64,000 nucleotides of DNA, taken from positions 5,105 through 69,104 of the forward strand of contig CAMBDK010000002.1 in NCBI GenBank assembly GCA_945865315.1, given 5' to 3'. The notes beneath the pieces are model-generated. The model saw only the letters and a list, made by a program, of their open reading frames with translations, ran no database searches and was not told the origin of the DNA. This stretch comes from Chitinophaga pinensis. Lineage in GTDB: Bacteria > Bacteroidota > Bacteroidia > 2-12-FULL-35-15. Below are positions 56,986 to 64,000 of the stretch, in pieces; the first letter of the stretch is position 1, and every line of letters begins with the position of its first letter. Made by a program: the position numbers and the translations under genes.

Positions 56986-57735
56986 ATGGAAAAATCAATT
57001 ATTAGAAATATAATTAGGAAGCCTCTTCATATTTTTTGTAAATTGGTGTCGGTGATTCTCTTTTCTATTTTTTTATCTCTTTTGAATTATACCGCTTCCT
57101 CTTCTTTTGCCCAAGTTACTAATGATGCAGGCTTATGGACAACATTTAATATACAAAAAAAACTTAAAAATAATTTCTCTCTTTTCCTTACAGAAGAATG
57201 TCGTTTAAAAGAAAATTTTACTAGACTTAATTTATTTTATAGTGAATTGGGCTTTGCTGTTAAACCTTTTAACGTATTGAAAATTTCATTGGCTTATCGC
57301 ATGATTGATAAGTTTTTAATAGAGAATACCTTTAGCTACCGGCATAGGATATCTTTAGATGTTTCATTAAAGAAAAAATCAGGAGCGATTGCGCTCTCTT
57401 ATAGACATCGACTTCAATGTGAAATAAGAAATGTCTATCAAAGTGCAAATGGTAGAATGCCCGAATGGTATTCAAGAAATAAATTTGAATTGAAATATGC
57501 TTTAAACAATTCATTAGCCCCTTATATGGCCGCAGAATTTCGATATCAGATCAGTGATCCCAGAAATGTGGAGTCCGATAAATTATTTCACCGTAATCGG
57601 TATATAGCTGGAATAGATTATTATAAAAATGAAAATAGCACCATTGGTTTGTACTATTTAATTCAGAACGAATTCAATGTTTCTGCGCCCGAAAAAATAT
57701 ATATATTGGGTTTAGAATATACCATTAGCCTATAG
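56986..57735 (+). CDS. Predicted outer-membrane beta-barrel protein (DUF2490-like)
   Basis: Signal peptide ending SSFAQ followed by alternating amphipathic strands rich in Y/R/N. The family assignment is from memory. Confidence 0.5.
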   Translation: MEKSIIRNIIRKPLHIFCKLVSVILFSIFLSLLNYTASSSFAQVTNDAGLWTTFNIQKKLKNNFSLFLTEECRLKENFTRLNLFYSELGFAVKPFNVLKISLAYRMIDKFLIENTFSYRHRISLDVSLKKKSGAIALSYRHRLQCEIRNVYQSANGRMPEWYSRNKFELKYALNNSLAPYMAAEFRYQISDPRNVESDKLFHRNRYIAGIDYYKNENSTIGLYYLIQNEFNVSAPEKIYILGLEYTISL

Positions 57736-58218
57736 GAGAGGTTTTTGAATAAGCGCCACAGCATAAGCGCAAACCCCTTCTTCGCGACCAACATAACCCA
57801 TTTTTTCATTGGTAGTAGCTTTAATTCCTATATCTCCTGTTGCTATATTCAATATTGGAGCTAATGTGTTTTTTATAGTTTCTATCACTGGGTTTATTTT
57901 TGGGTTTTCTAAAACTAAGGTACAGTCAATATTGCCAATGGTATAATTGTCTTTTTTTAATAATTCCATTACTCTGGCAAGTAATATTTTACTATCCATG
58001 CCCTTGAATTCTGCCGATGTATTTGGGAAATGAAATCCGATGTCCCGCAATCCTGCAGCACCAAGCAGCGCATCACATATCGCGTGAATTAAAACGTCGG
58101 CATCTGAATGCCCTACGGCACCTTTTTTCGTCTTCAACATTTTGATGCCGCCTAGCCAAAAATCTTTCCCTTCTTCTAATTGGTGAACATCAAAACCGAA
58201 TCCAATACGTATTTTCAT
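57730..58218 (-). CDS. ispF: 2-C-methyl-D-erythritol 2,4-cyclodiphosphate synthase
   Basis: GFGFDVHQL, GHSDADVLIHA and KATTNEKMG blocks. The 3' end overlaps the convergent gene by 6 nt. Confidence 0.9.
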   Translation of the reverse strand: MKIRIGFGFDVHQLEEGKDFWLGGIKMLKTKKGAVGHSDADVLIHAICDALLGAAGLRDIGFHFPNTSAEFKGMDSKILLARVMELLKKDNYTIGNIDCTLVLENPKINPVIETIKNTLAPILNIATGDIGIKATTNEKMGYVGREEGVCAYAVALIQKPLL

Positions 58219-58277
58219 ATTTATAATTTGGAAAGTTAGAAAGTTAGAAACTTTAAACTTTGTAACTTTAAACTTAT

Positions 58278-59600
58278 TTATTCTTCGTCATTCTGAGCCT
58301 TAAATGCATCAAAATCAAAGGTAAGGCTAAATCTTAAGGTGTTTTCAAGCGGATTGCGCTGCTGTGTAGGAATAAGATAAGCAAAATCTAGTCCAAAGAC
58401 ATTGTATTTTACGCCAGCACCCAATGTGAAATATTGACGATTACCTTTAGTAGGGTGTTCGTAAAAATACCCCATTCTGATAGCAAATAATTTATTATAC
58501 CAATATTCCATTCCTAAAGAGTAATTAATTTCCCTAAGCTCTTCCTTGGCACCACCTGGTGCATCGTTAAACGAGCCTAAAATACCCTCTGCAATCCCTC
58601 TTTTGGGATCCTTACCCGCTAGTATAATAGGGTCGCCATTTGCATCGTAATCTACTCCTTCGGGTTGTCCTGTAATTGGGTTTATTTTCCTTTTGTATAT
58701 AGGCGGAGTCGGTACCAATAATTTATTAATATCGGCAACAAAGAGGATGCTGTTGTATTCATCAACATTAATTGCCAGGGAGCTACCCAAGCGCATGTTG
58801 ATAGGGATGAAATCAGAGTTGTTTTTACCACCCCTATCCGAATAGGACATTTTAGCTCCTATGTTGGAAATGTTTAATCCAAACCCAACAACTGCTTTTT
58901 TATCTCCTATTTTTACCTTTTCTGTTTTATACATCCCCGAAATATCTACTGCAAAAGAACGCCCCGGGCGGGTTGAAGACCCATCAACAAAGGTGCCCCC
59001 AGTTAAATTTGAATTTATATAACGCATGGCTCCCCCTGCCGAAAAATTTTTCCCCAATTTAGTGGCATAAGCTACATCAATAGAAAATTCGTTGGGACGA
59101 AATTGACCTGTTGTATTTCCATTAATATCTGTAAAAGTAATATCGCCCAATGAAAAATAACGCAAGGCAACTCCTATGGTACCAGCTTTTTTCATTCTAT
59201 AATAGCCCGACAAATAGGCCAGGTTGATATCTGGAACAAGTGCTCTTAGCCAGGGGGTATAGGAAACACCTATTCCCATTTGTTTTTCTGCAAATCCAAG
59301 TTTGGCAGGGTTCCAGTGTATGGAGTTAATGTCTACTGTTGATGCGCATCCTGCATCCCCCATACCTCCTGCTCTTGAATCAGGAGAAATTAATAAAAAA
59401 GGTACGGCTGTAGTGATTGTATTTAGCCTGCTATTTAGTTCCTGCCCAGAAATTTGATTGTAATTAATTTGCGAATACAAGCTATTAAAACTCATGAAAA
59501 TGAGCAAAAAAAGGATATGGTTTGTTCTGTTTTTTTGTAAATAACGCATTTGATTTTTTTTATTAATTAAATAAAGAAAACAATTAACGGCATAATTCAT
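58278..59600 (-). CDS. porV: Type IX secretion outer-membrane protein PorV (LptO-like)
   Basis: Signal peptide. The block PFLLISPDSRAGGMGDAGCASTVDINSIHWNPAKL matches the PorV family, and length fits. The likely start is the internal Met at 59549. Confidence 0.7.
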   Translation of the reverse strand: MNYAVNCFLYLINKKNQMRYLQKNRTNHILFLLIFMSFNSLYSQINYNQISGQELNSRLNTITTAVPFLLISPDSRAGGMGDAGCASTVDINSIHWNPAKLGFAEKQMGIGVSYTPWLRALVPDINLAYLSGYYRMKKAGTIGVALRYFSLGDITFTDINGNTTGQFRPNEFSIDVAYATKLGKNFSAGGAMRYINSNLTGGTFVDGSSTRPGRSFAVDISGMYKTEKVKIGDKKAVVGFGLNISNIGAKMSYSDRGGKNNSDFIPINMRLGSSLAINVDEYNSILFVADINKLLVPTPPIYKRKINPITGQPEGVDYDANGDPIILAGKDPKRGIAEGILGSFNDAPGGAKEELREINYSLGMEYWYNKLFAIRMGYFYEHPTKGNRQYFTLGAGVKYNVFGLDFAYLIPTQQRNPLENTLRFSLTFDFDAFKAQNDEE

Positions 59601-59767
59601 TAAATAGTATAAATTTTTAAAGTTTTATGAAAAAAAATAATTGTAGCATGGCCATTTATAATTCAATGCGAAAAGCAATGGAAAGCATAAGTTTAAAGGC
59701 ACAAGTACTTTATTATTGCAGCTAACAAAAAATCTTCATTGATGCATTGACAGAAAAACCGATTAAA

Positions 59768-60751
59768 TTATTTTTTTAAATATAAAGTCTCTTTTACTGC
59801 TTTTATTACACGCTCTAAATTAGGCAAGGAAGCTTCTATTAATGTAGGCGCATAGGGCAAGGGAACATCTGCTGCATTTACACGTATTATTGGCGCATCC
59901 AAATAATCAAATGCTTCCTTCTGAACTTTAAAAGCTATTTCAGTAGAAATATTACCTAAAGGCCAAGATTCCTCAACAATTACTAATCGATTTGTTTTTT
60001 TTACTGATTTTATAATGGTATCATAATCAATTGGCCGAATGGTCCTAAGGTCAACAACTTCAACACTTATACCTTCTTTATTTAATTCAACAGCTGCATT
60101 TAGTGCCTGTTTAATTATTTTACCAAATGAAACAATTGTTACATCTGTTCCTTCCCTTTTTATGTCGGCCACCCCAATTGGTATTAGGTATTCTCCTTCT
60201 GGTACTTCTCCTTTTTCGCCATACATTTGCTCACTTTCCATAAAAACGATAGGATCGTTATCTCTTATTGCCGATTTTAATAAGCCTTTTGCATCATAAG
60301 GGTTGGATGGCACTATTACTTTCAAGCCCGGACAGTTTGCATACCAACTATCAAAAGATTGCGAATGCTGAGAACTTAGCATCCCAGCAGTCCCGGTAGC
60401 GCCCCTAAATACAATTGGTACAGAAAATTGCCCACCGCTCATGCTCCTCATTTTAGCTGCGGAATTAATTATTTGGTCTATCGCAACCAAGGAAAAGTTA
60501 AATGTCATAAATTCAACTATTGGCCTTAAGCCATTTATGGCAGATCCTATCGCTATTCCTGTAAATCCAAGCTCAGCAATAGGGGTGTCAATCACGCGTT
60601 TTTCTCCAAATTCGGCAAGCATGCCCTTGCTTACTTTGTATGCTCCGTTATATTCAGCAACCTCTTCACCCATTAAATACACTTTTTCATCTCGGCGCAT
60701 TTCCTCACTCATAGCTTCACGCAGAGCCTCTCGAAATTCAATTGTTCTCAT
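59768..60751 (-). CDS. pdhB: Pyruvate/2-oxoacid dehydrogenase E1 component beta subunit
   Basis: Transketolase-like pyrimidine-binding and C-terminal domains (GEEVAEYNGAYKVSKG, DTPIAELGFTG, IVEESW). No E1-alpha gene is adjacent. Confidence 0.9.
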   Translation of the reverse strand: MRTIEFREALREAMSEEMRRDEKVYLMGEEVAEYNGAYKVSKGMLAEFGEKRVIDTPIAELGFTGIAIGSAINGLRPIVEFMTFNFSLVAIDQIINSAAKMRSMSGGQFSVPIVFRGATGTAGMLSSQHSQSFDSWYANCPGLKVIVPSNPYDAKGLLKSAIRDNDPIVFMESEQMYGEKGEVPEGEYLIPIGVADIKREGTDVTIVSFGKIIKQALNAAVELNKEGISVEVVDLRTIRPIDYDTIIKSVKKTNRLVIVEESWPLGNISTEIAFKVQKEAFDYLDAPIIRVNAADVPLPYAPTLIEASLPNLERVIKAVKETLYLKK

Positions 60752-61155
60752 TTTTTTATCTTTTATTGAATTGCAAATTTATGAAATTTATCATATAAAA
60801 CAGTTTTTAACTAATCTTGCTTCCAAAACATTTATTATTCATTAAATTTGCAGCTCTTATTATTTTTAAATTAGCTGTAATCGATGTTTATTTTTAAAGG
60901 GTTTTTACGAGCATCTAATATATTTATATAAAAAAGTAAATTGTAAAATTAATTTCTAAATACAATATTTAAATAATTCTATTTTTTTTACATGTTTTTA
61001 TTATAAAAGTAACCGAAATGTCTCAGATTTATTATCCCAAATTAAGCTTCAAATTAATTAGGGGAATGCTATTGAATGAAATTGTTTTTTCATTATATTT
61101 AGATAATTCTAATTAATGTTAAATTTATATTTATTTATATCTCAATAATAAAAAT

Positions 61156-62343
61156 ATGTCCATGAAATTTAAAGAGTTTTTACAAAAAGAATTAAATGCT
61201 ATTGAAGATGCTGGTTTGTTTAAGCGGGAGCGCGTTATCACCAGCGAACAGGGGGTTTTGGTTGAAGTTAATGGGAAAGAGGTGATAGTTTTTTGTTCTA
61301 ATAATTATCTTGGTTTATCATCACACCCAGTAGTAATTGAAGCAGCTCATAAAACGCTGGATAGCTATGGCTATGGCATGAGCAGTGTACGATTTATTTG
61401 TGGTACCCAAAATATTCATAAAGAACTGGAGCAAAAAATATCCCAATTTGTAGGGCAAGAGGATACTATCTTGTACGCCGCTTGTTTCGATGCCAACGCT
61501 GGTGTATTTGAACCCTTGCTAGGCGAAATGGATGCTATTATTTCTGATGAATTAAATCATGCATCTATTATTGATGGCGTGCGGTTGTGCAAGGCACAGC
61601 GATATCGTTACAAAAACTGTAACATGGATGATTTGGAGAAACAGTTAATTGAAGCGCAGAAACAACGTTTTAGACTCATCGTTACCGATGGCGTTTTTTC
61701 TATGGATGGTTTCGTTGCGCCATTGGATAAAATTTGTGACTTAGCGGATAAATACGATGCAATGGTGATGGTAGACGAATGCCATGCTAGTGGATTTATT
61801 GGACGCACTGGCAGAGGGTCCATTGAATTAAAAAATGTCATGCATCGGGTAGATATTGTTACAGGAACACTTGGGAAAGCTTTAGGCGGCGCTATGGGAG
61901 GTTTTACTGCTGCTAAGAAAGAAATAATTGAAATCCTTAGGCAACGTTCCAGGCCGTACCTTTTCAGTAATTCATTAGCTCCTCATATTGTTGGTTCTTC
62001 TATTGCTGTGTTGGACATGCTTGCTAAAACTACTCATTTGCGCGATAAATTAGAAGCTAATATTAATTATTTTAAGCAAGGAATTAAAAAAGTAGGGCTA
62101 GAAATTAAGGAGGGCGATTCTGCAATTGTTCCTGTTATGTTATACGATGCTAAATTAGCCCAGGAATTTGCAAGTAAATTATTAATTGAAGGTATTTATG
62201 TGATTGGCTTTTTTTACCCCGTTGTTCCTAAAGGTCAGGCTCGTATTAGAGTTCAGCTGTCTGCCGCTCACGAAATAACACATATTGATAAAGCGCTTGC
62301 GGCATTTGAAAAAATAGGCAAAGAATTAGGTGTGATAAAATAA
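61156..62343 (+). CDS. kbl: Glycine C-acetyltransferase (2-amino-3-ketobutyrate CoA ligase)
   Basis: Alpha-oxoamine synthase family: NNYLGL, DELNHASIIDG, VDECHASG and PLP-Lys GTLGKALGG. Confidence 0.9.
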   Translation: MSMKFKEFLQKELNAIEDAGLFKRERVITSEQGVLVEVNGKEVIVFCSNNYLGLSSHPVVIEAAHKTLDSYGYGMSSVRFICGTQNIHKELEQKISQFVGQEDTILYAACFDANAGVFEPLLGEMDAIISDELNHASIIDGVRLCKAQRYRYKNCNMDDLEKQLIEAQKQRFRLIVTDGVFSMDGFVAPLDKICDLADKYDAMVMVDECHASGFIGRTGRGSIELKNVMHRVDIVTGTLGKALGGAMGGFTAAKKEIIEILRQRSRPYLFSNSLAPHIVGSSIAVLDMLAKTTHLRDKLEANINYFKQGIKKVGLEIKEGDSAIVPVMLYDAKLAQEFASKLLIEGIYVIGFFYPVVPKGQARIRVQLSAAHEITHIDKALAAFEKIGKELGVIK

Positions 62344-62395
62344 ATATTTTTATTTACTTTTTTAAAAATTACCTGCAAAATTTATTTAACCAATG

Positions 62396-62424
62396 GAGCA
62401 AAATTTATTTGCTCGGTTGTTTTT
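62396..62424 (+). terminator. Candidate terminator between convergent kbl and the AstE-like gene
   Basis: GAGCAAA-ATTTA-TTTGCTC hairpin followed by GGTTGTTTTT. Confidence 0.35.
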
Positions 62425-62427
62425 AAA

Positions 62428-63384
62428 TTAGCACTCAATACCAACATGCATTAATGCATCCCCCTGGTTTACTACCGGCTGATTATTAATGCCTACAATG
62501 TATCCATCGCTTGGCGAAATTAATTTCTCATTAAATTCTCCATAAGGATCACATATACGTCCAATAATATCCCCTTTCAAAACAGAGGATCCATTTATTT
62601 TTGAAGTATGAAACAATCCCGAAGATTTAGCCCTTATCCATATAGATTTTTCTAATAATACGGTAGTATTTTTTGGTACTTCCAAGTCAATCATTTTAAA
62701 ATGCATCATCAGTCTTAAGCATCCGTTGATGCCCTCTTTAATTGATAAATAATCGAATCTGGAGGACTCCCCCCCCTCAAATACAAGTATTGATTTCCCC
62801 TTTTTCGAGGCCTCTTTTCGTAATGTATTATCGCGGAACGGTGAATTTAAAATTAGTGATGGAGAGAATTTTATTCCAAGATCCAGATTTGTTTTATTGC
62901 CGAATACACAGCGCAATTGTGGGTAGTTGTTGATCTTAGCTCCTCCCGTATGAAAATCAATTCCGAAATCTATTTGAGGGACTATCTCATTCATTAAATC
63001 AAAAGCTATTCTACTGCCTAAAGAGCCACTTTTTTTTCCTGGGAAACAACGATTTAAATCTCTACCGTCTGGCAAATCACGTGATCCGGATAAAAATGAA
63101 ATGATATTTATTATAGGAATAGCAATAATACTTCCGCAAAGTGGCGCTTTAATGTCGGCACGGGTGATTAACTTCCTAACGATTTCAATCCCGTTAATTT
63201 CATCCCCATGCATCCCTGCTAAAATCAATACCGTTGGCCCAGGATTAGCAGAACGGAAAACATAAACAGGGATTTCAATAATTGTTTTAGTAGGCAATTC
63301 ATACCAATTCAAGCTAACCTGTGCGTTATCACCAGGTTTTATATCTACTCCATTAATATGAATATTATTCTGTGGGTAAGACAT
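62428..63384 (-). CDS. Succinylglutamate desuccinylase/aspartoacylase-family (M14-like) zinc hydrolase
   Basis: LAGMHGDEINGIE zinc-binding HxxE, a downstream DFHTGG His, and a C-terminal barrel domain. Confidence 0.8.
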   Translation of the reverse strand: MSYPQNNIHINGVDIKPGDNAQVSLNWYELPTKTIIEIPVYVFRSANPGPTVLILAGMHGDEINGIEIVRKLITRADIKAPLCGSIIAIPIINIISFLSGSRDLPDGRDLNRCFPGKKSGSLGSRIAFDLMNEIVPQIDFGIDFHTGGAKINNYPQLRCVFGNKTNLDLGIKFSPSLILNSPFRDNTLRKEASKKGKSILVFEGGESSRFDYLSIKEGINGCLRLMMHFKMIDLEVPKNTTVLLEKSIWIRAKSSGLFHTSKINGSSVLKGDIIGRICDPYGEFNEKLISPSDGYIVGINNQPVVNQGDALMHVGIEC

Positions 63385-63451
63385 TTTAAAAAATAGTTTA
63401 AAAATTAGATGTACAAAATATTCAAACTCCTAATGATTTTAAAATTCTTAA

Positions 63452-64000
63452 TTAGGGCTCATGATTAAATTCATTCCTCTCTATAAATTCGATAATTTTC
63501 CCGGCAATATCTAATCCTGTTGCACCTTCTATGCCTTCTAGGCCGGGAGACGAATTAACCTCCATTACCAATGGTCCCCTGATGGATTGTAACATATCCA
63601 CACCCGCTATTGCCAATCCTAGTTTTTTTGCTGATTTTATTGCTGTTTGCCGCTCCTCTTTGGTTAACTCTATAACATTTGCAGTGCCACCACGATGTAA
63701 ATTACTTCTGAATTCTCCAGGAGCTCCTTGTCGTTTCATCGCTCCAACAACTTTGCCATCTACAACAAATGCTCTAATGTCAGCTCCTCCAGCTTCTTTT
63801 ATAAACTCCTGAACAAGAATGTTTGCTTTAAGGGCAAGAAACGATTCTATTACAGATTTTGCAGATTTGTGCGTTTCGGCAAGTATCACTCCAATACCTT
63901 GAGTTCCCTCTAAAAGTTTTATTACCACCGGCGCTCCTCCTACCTGCTCAAGAACATTTTCTATGTTTTTTGGAATGGATGCAAATGCCGATTTTGGCAT
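63452..64000 (-). CDS. rimK: RimK-family alpha-L-glutamate ligase (ATP-grasp), 5'-truncated by the window edge
   Basis: ATP-grasp C-terminal blocks [24 protein letters not shown] and [12 protein letters not shown]. The ORF runs off the window. Confidence 0.85.
   Translation of the reverse strand: MPKSAFASIPKNIENVLEQVGGAPVVIKLLEGTQGIGVILAETHKSAKSVIESFLALKANILVQEFIKEAGGADIRAFVVDGKVVGAMKRQGAPGEFRSNLHRGGTANVIELTKEERQTAIKSAKKLGLAIAGVDMLQSIRGPLVMEVNSSPGLEGIEGATGLDIAGKIIEFIERNEFNHEP

Noticed and set aside
1-64000. Search for CRISPR arrays, rRNA genes, prophage/integrase genes, toxin-antitoxin pairs or defence-island gene sets
   Set aside because: No regularly spaced direct repeats, no rRNA-like conserved blocks and no integrase, recombinase, capsid or nuclease clusters were seen. 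The only mobile-DNA signal is the truncated IS630-like ORF.

Overview
AT-rich chromosomal window that reads as core genome of a member of the Bacteroidota. Supporting markers are T9SS PorV/PorQ-type outer-membrane proteins, a GldA-like ABC ATPase, alternative complex III directly upstream of an aa3-type oxidase, and almost no Shine-Dalgarno sequences. I support about 55 protein genes, one tRNA-Asp(GTC), a few intrinsic terminators, one degenerate IS630-like element and one two-copy intergenic repeat. Most genes are housekeeping: glmM, a NifS-like cysteine desulfurase, xdhAB, rnr, a UvrD-type helicase, gpx, hemH, lnt, pssA, purS, tilS, trmB, dtd, rsgA, ispF, pdhB, kbl and a rimK pair. The centre (36.3-54.3 kb) is one respiratory supercluster: actABCDEF-coxB-ctaD, then an IS remnant, then ctaB, two subunit-III paralogues, subunit IV, SCO, DUF420 and a small CxxC protein. 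I see no CRISPR array, rRNA, prophage, defence island or toxin cluster, so I cannot point to an obvious novel system. The best candidates for a second look are as follows. (1) A tightly packed four-gene operon (55024-57735) pairs a VTC/triphosphate-tunnel 'polyphosphate polymerase' domain protein with a DUF4956 membrane protein, a predicted outer-membrane barrel and a secreted YD-like repeat protein. (2) A 136-183 nt intergenic element is present twice (21.6 kb and 26.8 kb) with about 85% ungapped identity and no conserved ORF. (3) A truncated IS630-like element splits the oxidase structural genes from the assembly genes. (4) A putative hsdR relic and other odd DNA lie next to tRNA-Asp. All functional calls rest on motif recognition by eye; no database search was possible.
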